Below, one piece after another: positions 1-11,769 of a DNA stretch of 64,000 nt. The number at the start of each line of letters is the position of its first letter. Within the stretch, counting starts at the first letter, position 1. The notes below the pieces were generated by a model. That model was given only the letters and a program-made list of their open reading frames with translations, had not been told where the DNA came from and made no database searches. The DNA lies in contig CDMY01000242.1 of assembly GCA_001179505.1 (NCBI GenBank), positions 1 through 64,000 of the forward strand, in the 5' to 3' direction. This stretch comes from Vitrella brassicaformis CCMP3155. Taxonomy: Eukaryota > Protista > Chromerida. The position numbers and the translations under genes were made by a program.

Positions 1-419
1 CCCTCCGTCTCGCCCACCTGTTTGGTCGTGTGCCTCTGGATGTCCTGCACACTCATGGTGACCGGCAGAGTGCAGCGGCCGAACTGCTCCGCCAACTTCA
101 GCGCGTTGACCACCTCGGTCCACTGCTGCGTGTCCACCAGCCAGATGGCCTTCAGCAGCAGAGGGCTCTCCAGCTGAGTGTCGAATGCGATAATGCCGTC
201 CAGCTGTTTGGCCGCAAGGGAGCGCCCCAGCCGGGTGCGGAGGACGGCAGTCGAGAAGTCTATCTGCCTGAGGAATGTTGCTGTGCATCTGAGGATACCG
301 ACCTCCCTGTGTTCATTGATGGCATCCCGCTCCTCGCGATGGATGAAATCTATCGATTCGTTGCCTCTTGCCGGAGGGATGGGCTGCCGGCTGCTGGGCA
401 CCGTCACATCATTCCCCAT
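1..419 (-). CDS. 5' exon of a lineage-expanded hypothetical protein family member (runs off the window start); paralogue of 52802-54193
   Basis: Manual translation from the ATG at 419: MGNDVTVPSS...REVGILRCTATFLRQIDFS...LLLKAIWLVDTQQWTEVVNALKLAEQFGRCTLPVTMSVQDIQRHTTKQ, then a GT donor. It aligns at DNA and protein level with 53720-54193. It is missing from the ORF track because there is no stop inside the window. Confidence 0.8.
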   Translation of the reverse strand, partial: MGNDVTVPSSRQPIPPARGNESIDFIHREERDAINEHREVGILRCTATFLRQIDFSTAVLRTRLGRSLAAKQLDGIIAFDTQLESPLLLKAIWLVDTQQWTEVVNALKLAEQFGRCTLPVTMSVQDIQRHTTKQVGETE

Positions 420-450
420 CGTCTCACTCCACTCACCACCTCGAAATCTT

Positions 451-459
451 TGCGAGCTC
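451..459 (+). promoter_or_regulatory. TGCGAGCTC, one-mismatch copy of the candidate promoter motif, about 30 bp upstream of the ATG at 419
   Basis: Seen directly (ttTGCGAGCTCaaa). Function inferred from its recurrence in 5' spacers. Confidence 0.4.
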
Positions 460-805
460 AAATGCAAAAGCGATCGTGCCAAGAAGAGAAGGGAAGCAGG
501 CCGCCTCGCAGAGTGCTAAGGGTGTGAGTGCGTCGGTGAAACGACCCCTGAGTCCGCATCACCGAGACATCCATTCATGAGTGTGTGGACTCTTATCGCC
601 ACTGTGAAATGCATACATGGAGTCCTGGACGCGTATGGCCCGCGACACTTTGCAACGGGGCTACTACTCAAACCCCTCTAATTGTGGAGGGCCAACGTGT
701 TGGGAGGGAAGAGAGGCGCTGCATCGACGACTAAAGCCACATTTAGCTCATGTCTGCAGTGAGACTCATTAGTGATTCATCATTCATTCCCGATTAGTGG
801 TTGAG

Positions 806-913
806 TCGCGTCTATTCACATGTATAGAGTAGAGAGAAGTCAGCCACGTCAGTCAGTCAGTCAGTCAGTTGCGAGCACGAAAAGCCACAAACGTGCTGTG
901 TGATAGACAGACA
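806..913 (+). repeat. About 105-bp imperfect direct repeat, copy 1 (copy 2 at 1249-1352)
   Basis: Both copies read tcgcgtctattcaca...gagaag(t/c)cagccacgtcagtc..tcagttgcgagcacgaaaag..aca.acgtgctgtgtgat.gacagacag. Confidence 0.85.
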
Positions 914-1248
914 GACAGACGGACAGACAGACAGACAGAAAGACAGACAGACGGACAGACGGACACGGGTCAACCACCCTCCATTTGTGTGGTCGTCGCG
1001 GGAAATGAGCTTGAGGCGGCTGCCGAGGGAGGCTCGGATGCACGACGCACACACGCACCCAGTGTGCACAGGTGAATCGCGCATCCCTATGTCTTTGTCG
1101 CGCGGCGTGTGCCTACGCGTTTCTTCAGCTCGTTGACTTCACAGCGAAAACTGAGAGCAGGCAGAAAGAGAGAGAGCAAGGCTCTTGTTCATGTGTGTGT
1201 TTGGTTGTCCTGTTGCCCGCATGTGTGCTTCAAAGGGGAAAAGGAGAC

Positions 1249-1352
1249 TCGCGTCTATTCACACGTACTACAGAGTAAAGAGAAGCCAGCCACGTCAGTC
1301 GGTCAGTTGCGAGCACGAAAAGGCACACACGTGCTGTGTGATCGACAGACAG
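1249..1352 (+). repeat. About 105-bp imperfect direct repeat, copy 2
   Basis: Aligns with 806-913. Confidence 0.85.
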
Positions 1353-1638
1353 CGGTCTCGCGGTGAAAGGGTGAAGGTGAAGACTGATAAAGGGTGAAGC
1401 GTCGCCTCTCGCCGGTGGCGAATGGACGAATCACGGTGGTCCACTGCCGCTTCAGATCAGCGCGCATCCACACATGCGCTGGCAAGACACGGACACGCAC
1501 GCGAACACACAAAAACGAAAGGTGACGGCTGCCTCCACTCACGAGTGCTCTTTGCTCACCGAGGGCCGGTGACACTGTGGGGGTGTCCGTGATGTCGGCC
1601 GAACCACCAATGTGCAGGCGCCTTCGACGGCATCGTCA

Positions 1639-2318
1639 TCATGACTGGCGCTGCCACTGCTGCTTGATTGGTGCGGGGTGCAGTGGGACCATCAGTGCGA
1701 GGCGCCACTGCATGTCGTCGTGGTCGGTGATGAAGCGTGCAAGGGTGGGGCACCTGCTGAAGGCGTCGAGCAGCGACTTGCAGAAGCGACGGTCATCAAA
1801 CCAGTCACTGGCGGTCGCCTGCACAGCACACACCAAACACGACAAATGATGAGGGAGGCAAACTTCATGCACCGAGCCGCCTGCATATCTTTCGCATCAC
1901 CTTACTGCTCATCTGACTCAGCAAGCTCGCCTCCATCTGATATGAGGTGAGGAAGAGCAGGTATGGGCGTCGTACTGGAGGAAGTCAAGAGCGATGAATG
2001 CGTCGATGAAGGTGTCCTTGGTCAGTCAGTGACCTCATAATGCCCCCCCGCCTTTTTCTGCAGCACCACTGACGCTATCTCCCGACTGACGACTCCTGCG
2101 ATGACGACCTCAGTTGCAGTGCCCTCCTGAAACTCGCCATCCAGCACCTGCATGTATTGAACAACACACACGTTGAACCGACAGCAATGAATGACAGTCA
2201 TGAGCGCAAAGATCCTGCTGACCTGCTGAAAGTAGGCAAATCGCTTGGCCACGCTCTCCTTTATGACAAGAGGCGGTGCTTCGTCACCATCCTTGGCGAA
2301 GCGGATCTCACGCTCCAT
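1639..2318 (-). pseudogene. BTB/POZ(SKP1-like)-domain gene, apparently frameshifted; 3' end uncertain
   Basis: MEREIRFAKDGDEAPPLVIKESVAKRFAYFQQ|YMQVLDGEFQEGTATEVVIAGVVSREIASVVLQKK resembles a BTB core (FxxMLxGxFxE-type motif). The frame hits TGA at about 2022, while the expected continuation LTKDTFIDAFIALDFLQYD lies in another frame. A second apparent shift lies near 1965. Confidence 0.5.
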
Positions 2319-2442
2319 CGAAAACTCACTCACGCACTCACTCAAGGGCGATTGCAATGAAAGATGAAGAAGGCGCACGTCGTTCCAGGGGCTTGACGTG
2401 TCCCGTGTTGCAGATCTGTTCTCTTCGGTCGCCCTGTCCGGC

Positions 2443-2460
2443 GCGAGCTCGAAAGCTCGC
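2443..2460. promoter_or_regulatory. Inverted pair GCGAGCT-CGAA-AGCTCGC in the divergent BTB/PEX11 spacer
   Basis: Perfect 7-bp inverted repeat made of two copies of the recurrent GCGAGCT core. Confidence 0.5.
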
Positions 2461-2514
2461 CAAAAAAGGAGGCAAAAGAGCACCTCATAGAGGAGGCACA
2501 AAAAGCACCTCATC

Positions 2515-3721
2515 ATGAGCGTGGTCAAGAGCCGTGACGAGGTTGCGCTGCTCGTGAAGTTCTGGAACCAAACAGGTGAGGCAACGAACCACCCAGCCGA
2601 GAGAGAGGAAGATGGGCTGGTGCACAGCAGAGGGCACGGGAACACCTGTAGGCGTATGTATGTTGTGCACTGCATTGTGTTCTGTCTGTCTGAAACAGAG
2701 GGCCGTGACAAGTTCTGCAAGTGTCTTCAGTATGGGTGTCGTGGGCTGGCGTGGCTCCTCATGGAAGAGAAGGACCTCGCGGCACGACTCTCCGCCTTAT
2801 ACAGTGAGTGAGCCGACTGACTGATACACATACCATGTCATGCACACACAGACGACGCGCCATCTCATCTGCTGCCTTTCTGCTTGTGTGGTGTGCGTCG
2901 ATGATGACACAGAGACGACGGCTGACAGTCGTAAGATCTTCCGTCTTGGCAAGTTCCTGAACGAGTACCTGAAGCTGCAGCAGCTGTTCAAGTCGACGGA
3001 CCCGCAACTGGACCAGCTGTCCAAGTCGCTCAACGTCCTCAACCGGGCGGCCTTCTTCGCCTACTGGGTGTGCGACAACCTCTCCATCCTCAGCAAGATC
3101 AAGGTCATCAAGGGCGACACGCCCAAGCTCGCCAAACGCGCCTTCCTCTTCTGGTTCCTCGCACTCGTCTTCGGTGTCCTCGTGGAGCTGCACAAGCTCC
3201 AGAAGAACCTAGACCTACAGATCCAGCTGCAGCAGCAGCAACAGCAGCAGCAGAGTGCGGCGGCCAAGAAGAATTCGAGTGACGGGGGCGAGGGGGAGGG
3301 CGAGCGCGCCACGGCTGCCACAAGTGAGGCGCTGAGCAAGCTCGGGACCGAGAGGAGGAACATCGCCCTCAACATCATCAAGAATTGCGGTAAGTAAGGG
3401 GAGCGGAGCAGTCAGCGGTGTGCCTGACTGAGATGGGATCCATGGGTTCATACATCTGTGTTCTGTCTTGTATCATGCATGTGTTCAGGTGACATGATCA
3501 CTGCCGGCAACGGCATCGAGCTGCCCCACAAGATCCTCGGTGAGCAGCCGACCCGACCCGACGGACACACAGACAGAAGGATGGGGGCCAACAAACATTC
3601 ACTCTCTCCTCTCTCTGTGTGCGTGTCGGCTGCAGGCTTTGGTTTCAACGATGGATTGATTGGTCTGGGCGGCTTCGTGTCGGCGTTTATTTCATGCTTC
3701 CAGACCTACCCCGCTGCATAG
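2515..3721 (+). CDS. PEX11: Peroxisomal membrane protein PEX11 (5 exons)
   Basis: Stitched exons: MSVVKSRDEVALLVKFWNQT|EGRDKFCKCLQYGCR...|...SRKIFRLGKFLNEY...FFAYWVCDNL...AFLFWFLAL...NIIKNCG|DMITAG...|NDGLIGLGGFVSAFISCFQTYPAA*. These are typical Pex11 motifs (GRDK..R/K..QY, RK.FRLGK). Confidence 0.92.
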
Positions 3722-4415
3722 TCATTGATGCCTGCCTGCACGAATGAATCAGTGGCCTGGCCCACACAGGTGCGTGTTCAGCACCGGTGTGGTGTGCGCC
3801 TGTCTCACTTTCGCTGTTTCCGCTGACTTTTCATACATGTTCTTTCTCGTTCGTATGTTTGTGCTTGGCGGGCGATACGTACGTGTGTGTGTTTGTGCAT
3901 ACTTTTTGATATCCGAAGCGCCCAGTCGCCACTGAGTACGTGCCGTGCCTGTCGACACGTCGCCGGCTCGCTTTCCCTTGGAGCCGCACCAGACGAGTTG
4001 ATGCCATCGGTGAGTGGCAGAATGAATGCCTAAGGCTGCCTGCCATGTGGTGTGGTGTGAGTGGGGGGTCCCCCGTCTGTGTCGTGTGAATGCGTGAGGG
4101 AGAGAGAGTGTTCTACATGGTGGAGTGGATGCACGGATGCGTGTGTCGGTGTTTGTCTTGCCGGTGTCCGATTCTTGATCAAGTGGACATCACATGCAGG
4201 CGATTTGTATACTGCCAGCCAGCTGTGTATCTGTGTGTGTAACCATAGAACACCGACCGACCCACCGATGGATCACGCGTAGCGTGCACAGAAGGATGCA
4301 TGGCATGCAATGAATGCACCAACCACTGGCTGCGACACTGCGACGCTTCTATCCATGAGTGAATGCAAACACGTCCGGTCCATTGCTCACTCACTCACTA
4401 AAGGGCCAGCCAGGT

Positions 4416-6887
4416 TCAAGAGTTCAACCGTAAAAGTTTTTGGAAACTCGCAACAGTCTGCACACACACACACACACGCACAAACAGACAGAGCTAGCTG
4501 CCGATCTCAACCAACATGCGTGTGCGTGTAGGGTACCTACCTGTTCGACGAGTCGTTTTGCGTGCTGAACAGACCTCTCGTCCTCCCCCTGTATCTTGAC
4601 CGTCGTCCCCTCCACCACGATGGTCGCACCCGACTCATCCTGCATCCGCCGAATGTTCTGCCCCCTGACCAGACCAACACACACACACACACATACACAC
4701 ACACAATTTACGAGACAATTTGTGGTCGTCCCCGCCAGAGCAGAGCCGCTGGCTGGCTGACCTTGGCCCAACGATGCGGCCGACGGCTCGGTCATCATCT
4801 AGGTAGACCTCCGCGTTCTGCTGGTTCCAACGTTCGTGGTCACGACACACCCTGTCAGACATACATTGCATTGCATTGCAGAGGTGCCACGGTCGGTCGA
4901 TCTCAAAGCTTTGTTTCCGTGTGTCTGTGCTGTGGTTAATTACCTGGTTTTGGCACTGTTGACCGCATTGGGTCGGCCACACAGCCACAGACGGCTGTTG
5001 TCCCGATCCAGGGAAGCCACCAAGTCACGACCTTGCAACCGAACCTGTCAGACACATGACAAACACATCACATCGACTCGTGAGGGATGATGAACTAACT
5101 GTGTCCTGTCTGTCCGGTGTGTGGCGGTGCGGTCGATTTGCAATGCCCACACACACAGACCAGTTTGCTGTCGTCTCTGCCGGCCATGTACTCGACTGAC
5201 GAAGGATGCAGGTACATCATGAAGCAGTTGTCGGGAAAGTAGTAGGACAATATCTGACAGACAGAGGGGCACGAAGAGGTCATGTGGTGCAGCTAGCTGT
5301 CCGTTCCTCTGTGTCTGTCTGCCACAATACATACATACCTTCTGGAACTCTTCGATGGCATGTGAAGTCGCATCGGGGCTGCCAGTGATGGTGGCCTTGG
5401 TAGACGTGGGCTGGTACACACACACACACACACACGCACACATCAATACGCCCTTGCCTCTGAGCTCGCTTGGTGTTAGTCACCTGGAAGTCGACATGGA
5501 CCTGCAGTTTGTGCCTGATGTGTTCGTCGATGTCAGCCATGAGGTCGCTCATCTTTTGCGGCTGCACGCCAGTGAAGATGTCAGGCAGCAAGGGCAGGAA
5601 GTCACGGGCACCACCAGCACCCACCAGCGCCTGAATGCAGTACACACACACACACACACACACGCAGGCAGACAGACAGACAGACGGACAGACACACAGA
5701 CGGACAGACACAGACATACAGAGCCCGGTGCGTGTGCCGTATGTATGAGGCAGCTAGCTTACCTCTACACACTCCTTGGCTTCCGCGACGAGTGCTTTGA
5801 GGCCTTTGAGCGCAACAGCTGTCCCCTGATCGTCCTTGACACAGTCAACCTACCAACAAGGAAACCCTCATACCCTACCAATGGCTGAATGAGATCTGCA
5901 TTGCATTGCTTGCTGACCTTGAGTCCCGCATCCTTGAGCTGTTGCAGCCCGGCGTCGCCATTGAGCAGCCTAAGCTTGTCCGCAGGCACGCGCACTGTCA
6001 TTGTCTCCAGACGGGAGGCGTCCTAGAGCATACGCATACCACACCACACCCATACAGGGGGAAGAAGAACACACTATCGACGAGCGCATGAGGGTCACGT
6101 TTCCTGTGGCCTTCTCTATCTATTGCTCACGTACGTTGATTTGGCTGAGTATGGCCTCCTTGGCCTGGTCTGCCGTCTGCTGTGAGCCGTCATTGGCCGT
6201 CACTCTGACATCCTTCCGATCAAGCACGATAGTGACACCCATATCACCCTGCAACCACACACACACCCACTCGTCCGTCACGTGAGCGTGACGTGACTTG
6301 TACTCTATCTGGCTGACCTCAAGTTTCATGAGTCCCATCTTTTTGGTAATGAACCCCATGGCGTGTTCATCTACGTTGCGAATCAGACATGTGCCCTCCC
6401 CGCCGATGATGCCGCACACAAGCCGCTTGGCGTGAGCCACTGCACTCGGGTCACCTGCAGTGCAGTGCAGTGCAGTGAGGGACAGACACAGAAGCCAGTT
6501 GTGTTGTCCCATATATCCCTGTGACCGTTGCTTGTGCCCACTGACTGACCGACCTGAAATCTGCACTTCCAATTTATCACCATTGACAGACACCCGCGCG
6601 CCGCTCTGTGCCTGGATGTCCTTGACCACTGCACAAACGCATTCACACAATTAACAGATCAACACACACATGCGTTGCATGCCATGGGCCAGGCAGTGCA
6701 CCTGATCCTTGCTGGCCGATGACGCGACCAACGTCCCTCTGCAAACAAACGCAACATAGATGGCGATTCCCGCTTTCTTCACTGTGGTATGTATCGCTGC
6801 GCCACTCACCGGATCAGGGATCTTGACCACTTCGTTCGCTCGGCCGCTGTTGCCAGATCTTCCATTTTGAGTATTGTAATACGACAT
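4416..6887 (-). CDS. Multi-KH-domain RNA-binding protein (many exons)
   Basis: N-terminal KH: DVGRVIGQQGS|VVKDIQAQSGARVSVNG. C-terminal KH: VGRIVGPR|GQNIRRMQDESGATIVVEG. Degenerate KH-like exons lie between them. GT-AG introns on the minus strand. Confidence 0.8.
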
Positions 6888-6961
6888 GGCGGCACTCCTG
6901 GTGCTCCTGATGGTGAACTACGCCAGGGAGTTCGCTGTTTTTGAAACCCGCGATCCGTTTC

Positions 6962-6970
6962 AAGCTCGCA
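6962..6970 (-). promoter_or_regulatory. TGCGAGCTT candidate promoter motif in the 120-bp KH/YebC divergent spacer
   Basis: Plus strand reads AAGCTCGCA. Confidence 0.5.
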
Positions 6971-7007
6971 TAGGTCTGGGCGGCGTGTTCGTTGCCTTCT
7001 GTGGTCA

Positions 7008-8564
7008 ATGCTGATCTCAGACGTAACCCCATTATTCATCGTTTTTCTTTCTGCCCTCACCGGATGGCTCGACGTGGCCTTCAGCTTCATGGTGGCACCC
7101 TCGGCTCCCGCTCGCCATGCATCTCGCTCCCTCGACCCATCCAATCCCCACCTTTCATCATCCCAATGGTTTCCATCACGACGGAAAGAACCTTGGTTGG
7201 TTGTGATGATGGGTCGTCGTGCGGCCAAGGTGGCGGAGAAGAAGGCCAAGGGCGAGGCCGCCAAGAGCAAGATCTACAGTAGGTACGGCAAGAAGATTGC
7301 AGGGGCCATCAAGACGGGAGGCAGTGACCCACTCAACAACATGGAGCTGGCGTCGTTGATTAAGGAGGCAAAGGCCGCAGGTAGGCTACGGGGAGCGGCA
7401 GCATTGCATTGCACACACGACACGAGGCAGGCACACGATCGGATCGCCCCTGTGTTGTGTGGTGGTGCTCTGGTGGTCATACATGTGTGTCATGTGTATA
7501 CATGTGATGTATGTCAAAGGTGTTCCGAAGGACAACATAGATCGATTGCTCAAGAAGGCTGACGATGCCCCCGACTACACCGAAGTCATCTATGAGGTCA
7601 GCCACTGCACTCACTGCAGCACACACAGCACACACAGACACTGCACTGCACTGCCCTGCCCTGCCCTGCACACAAACGATACAAACGCACACACAGTCCG
7701 GTCTGTCTGTCAAGTCTGCAATGCGTCCCTACCGTCCGTATCGCATCGCCATCGCAGGTGTACGGTCACGGCGGTGTGGGTATGCTGGTCACTTGCCTGA
7801 CGGACAACACCAACAGGGCGGCCAGTGTCGTCAAGGCAGCGGTAGGTGGAATACGCCACTCAACAACACAACGACGATTGTACAAGTGCTATTTCCCTCT
7901 CTCTCGCTCTGTCTGTCCCTTTGTGATTGCATTGCAGGTGAAGAAGGCGGGCGGCAAGGACGCCTCGCCGGGCTCTGTGTCTTTCCAATTCACCAAGATG
8001 GCCAAGATAGAGATCCCTGAGGACAGGGCGGCCGACCTGGACGAGGACAAAGTGTTCGAGATTGCGCTCGAGTCATCCGTCGACGACATCGATATCCGGC
8101 CGGCACCGCTGAGGCCTGACATCGAGAATAATGAGGATGGTTCCACTCCCGTACCGCCCAAGTGGGTGCTGACGACGCCCAACTCCCTGAAGGCGCTGAG
8201 GGACGCACTTGAGGCGAACGGCATTGAAGGTAAATGTGTGGGGGACACATAAATGGGGGACAAATGAGCCGAAGAGGTTTGATGTGAATGTCTCGCGTGT
8301 CTTGCTTGTTGTGTTTCGCTGTCGCGTCCAGGATCGACGTCGCTGGCACACATTCCCAATGCGCTCGTGGACTGCTCCGAAGAGGAGCTGGAGAAGAACC
8401 TAGGACTTATCGGTAGGGCTGACAGCTGAGAGAGATGTGCGCTCTTCTTTGGTCATTGATTGCCTTCTGGTTTGTTGTCTTTGCCTTTGCCTTTGTCTGT
8501 CGCAGATGCGCTTGAAGACATTGATGACGTTGACATGGTCGAACACAACATCAGCTTTGCATGA
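7008..8564 (+). CDS. yebC: YebC/PmpR/TACO1-family protein with a predicted signal peptide plus transit peptide (probably plastid-targeted)
   Basis: MGRRAAKVAEKKAKGEAAKSKIYSRYGKKI...DPLNNMEL...AKAAG|VPKDNIDR...YE|VYGHGGVGMLVTCLTDNTNRA...PGSVSFQF...LEDIDDVDMVEHN. Preceded by hydrophobic MLISDVTPLFIVFLSALTGWLDVAFSF and an S/R-rich stretch. Confidence 0.92.
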
Positions 8565-9624
8565 CATGACGGGACGGACGGCCACAGCTGTGCTGTGCAT
8601 GTAAGTCAGCTGAGGGAACGGGTGGTCTGCTAATGCAGCAGATCGATGATCAATGATGGGACGGACGGACATGGAGACAGACATTCTTGAAATGGGTGGG
8701 TGTTACACTACACGCCTCTGCTGGATACCTACCTATCGTTCGTTCGTGCACATTTTCGTTAGATAGAGACGTCACAGACAGTCACGTCGATGCAGCTAGG
8801 CGACTATACAGCAATCTGTCAGTCACTTCTGACACACACACAGTCTCGTGTGTCGAGCAGCGGTCAGGTCGACAGAGAGAGCACCAAGTGGGAAATGTAT
8901 GAGCACCCGACCCCGCTCAGCCGTTCCTTGACGGCTTGCTCGACGCACCAGCTCGAATGCCAACTCTGCCCGAATGACCCGTGAGCCTTCGTTTAGAGTA
9001 GACATCCCAGCTGCCACGCCGAACAAATCGTCGCGGAACAAACCAGCCATACAGACGTCTGGGTGGTTCGCATCAACCTCATCATTCTCCCCACTACCAC
9101 ACACACACATCGATGAATGACCGCATCTATCTCATCACTCCCGCACCACACCGCACCGCACCGCACCAATCTGTCTGTCCGTTCGTTCGTTCGTCCTAGG
9201 ATCGATTGCTGTACAGGTAGGTACAGACCACTTGGAGAAGGAAAACACTCGTGCATCTTGACGAGAGAGATGTCACGGCATGAGTGTCTGTCTCATTGAT
9301 TCATTGATTGATGGTCAGTCGCACCACTAGCCAGCTAGCCAGCCAGCCAGACAGACAGGCAGCAAAGGGGAAAGAAAGCGAAGCGTCATCAGTCCATCAG
9401 TCAGTCCATCAGTCAGTCAATCCACTCATGGATTGACTAACGCTATGCCATGCTATGCTATCAACGGACGGAGGGAAACAACGGAAGGATACGTGTGTTA
9501 TGTACAGCGAGGGGGTAGGGGGACAGATAGACATCGGTATGTCTGTATGGGTAGGTACGTGTGTGTTTGTGTGGTGGTGAGTGATGGTATGGTTGATGTG
9601 ATGTGGTGTGGTGTGGTGAATGAC

Positions 9625-11375
9625 TTAAACAAAGCCCCCGCTCATGGCTTGCGCTGAGTGGTAGGGGTTGAAGTTGTGCACCTTCAGCAAGTTGACGCCT
9701 GACCACACACACACACGCGCGCGCGCGCAGAGATAGAGAGACAGAGAGAGAGAGAGAGAGAGGGGGGGGGGGAAGAGAGGCGNNNNNNNNNNNNNNNNNN
9801 NNNNNNNNNNNNNNNNNNNNNNNNNNNNNNNNNNNNNNNNNNNNNNNNNNNNNNNNNNNNNNNNNNNNNNNNNNNNNNNNNNNNNNNNNNNNNNNNNNNN
9901 NNNNNNNNNNNNNNNNNNNNNNNNNNNNNNNNNNNNNNNNNNNNNNNNNNNNNNNNNNNNNNNNNNNNNNNNNNNNNNNNNNNNNNNNNNNNNNNNNNNN
10001 NNNNNNNNNNNNNNNNNNNNNNNNNNNNNNNNNNNNNNNNNNNNNNNNNNNNNNNNNNNNNNNNNNNNNNNNNNNNNNNNNNGGGGGGGGGGGAAGAGAG
10101 GCGAGTGAGAGTGCCTGCATCGTGCCGTCCTCACTCACGACCAACTTGCTTACCGGCAATGATGAAGTTTGCCGTGTAGAGGATGGACTCGACGATGATC
10201 ACAAATACCCAGTAGTTCTTCATCCCCTCTGACAAACAAACCGATCAATCGATCGACATACGTACATACAAGGACATACAATACAGGGCGTCATTCATTC
10301 ACTTATTCGTTCGTCTGTCTGCCTTTTGCCTCCTTCACTGACTTGACATATTGTAGTGTTTAAACCAGGAGAACCTCGCCCAGCCGTTGAAGGCGCCGGC
10401 GGGCAAGATGGAAAACAAGAGATACAACACACACTGCAGAGAAGGAACGGCCACGACCACGGGCAGTGAGGGAGGGGCGTCGGTCGGAGTGTCTTTGCTG
10501 TGGGTGGGCCGTGGCTGACTGACTGACCAGTATCCCCTGGCACCACATGAAGGTCCTGACGGCCGACGGGCTGGTCGCTGCCAACCCCTTGTACCCCTTG
10601 TAAAATGTGTACCTTCACACAAAGGGACACACACACACACGCATACACACACGCACTCATCCAGCCGTCCATTCGTCCATCTGTCGGTCGGTCGGTCGGT
10701 CTGTCGGTCTGTCTGTCTGTCTGTCTGTCTGTCGTTGGTGTCTTGTCTTGTTGAGCGCACCCGGCGGCCGTGGGGAAGAGGACAAGGTTGAGTATCGAAT
10801 AGACCACCCACACGCCACTGCCGCCACCAGCCTGATGATGCAAGGAAGGCAAGAACGACACACAACCATGCACTCACTCCACACGGGGCACAATGCAATG
10901 CGATGTGCTGCCATGCCCTCCACGTGTGGCCTGGCCTGGCCTGCCTCCCTCCTCACCGCTATTATGATCGTGTTGAAGAAGTTCACGACACAGATCTGCA
11001 GACACAGCACACGACCCACCACAGCGACACACACACCCGCACCACAGACGCCATACATACGTCGTCTCTCATAATCCGCTTCGCTTCATGCCTGTTAGTA
11101 CTGACTGAACTGACCACGACAGTGAGTATGAATGAGAAGTTGATGAGCCACACGATGGAGGCCACGTGGCTGGGCAGCTCGCTGAGGTCATAGTGGACAA
11201 TGCGGAGGAAGGGGGGGTAGTTGTAGTTCTGCCAGTCGATGGTCGTGCTCGCGCTGCTCGGCTGGCTGCTGATGCCAAACGCCCTTGACGCTGACGAGAA
11301 CTCATCCTGCACGCCCCGCATGGCGCTGCTCGCCGCAGTGCTGATGGCCTGCTTGGCAGCAAATGCCGCTGCCAT
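9625..11375 (-). CDS. SCAMP-family (secretory carrier membrane protein-like), four TM segments
   Basis: NYNYPPFLRIVHYDL resembles the SCAMP NWPP..IxxxDI motif. It is followed by TM exons (VWLINFSFIL, VVYSILNLVLFP, YTFYKGYKGLA, LLFSILPAGAFNGW). The last intron spans the N gap. Confidence 0.8.
9783..10082. other. Assembly gap (300 N) inside a SCAMP intron
   Basis: Run of N. Both flanks carry the same G11-AAGAGAGGCG sequence. Confidence 0.98.
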
Positions 11376-11544
11376 CCTTGATATATGCTCAGCAAATGCT
11401 CTCAAGCACAACGATGCGGTCCCTTTCTCTTTGCGGCTTCTTCTTTTCAGGACAAGTAGACACGAGGCGAGTGCTGCTTGTCCCTGTTTCAGAGTTCAAA
11501 ACTCTGTTCTCTCCTCTCTGCGAGATCAAAAATACTCTTTGCGC

Positions 11545-11551
11545 AGCTCGC
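11545..11551 (-). promoter_or_regulatory. GCGAGCT motif core in the SCAMP/POLE divergent spacer
   Basis: Plus strand reads AGCTCGC. Confidence 0.4.
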
Positions 11552-11769
11552 CTTTCTTCCCCAGGAAGGAATGGATTGAAATTGATAATGTAAGGGCCAC
11601 AGGAGGCTGTTGCTGTCATCCATTCCCTCATCTACTCCTCTCTTGTGTGCAATTGCATTCTTCTGCAGATCTATCCCGTGGCGCGTAGCTTGATGACGGC
11701 CAATCGCCTTGCAGCCCTTCCATAGATAGCTCTCCTAGCTGCCGTCCCATCCATCGCACTGCACTGACG

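Noticed and set aside
3222-3252. Poly-Gln tract in PEX11
   Set aside because: Low-complexity insertions occur in most proteins in this window, so it is not distinctive.
8823-9110. Protein-like minus-strand ORF downstream of SCAMP
   Set aside because: No convincing start, splice chain or motif; probably 3' UTR. Cannot be excluded without RNA data.
9461-10159. ORFs spanning N runs (also near 26135-26864 and 41198-41939)
   Set aside because: Length is inflated by X codons from the assembly gaps.
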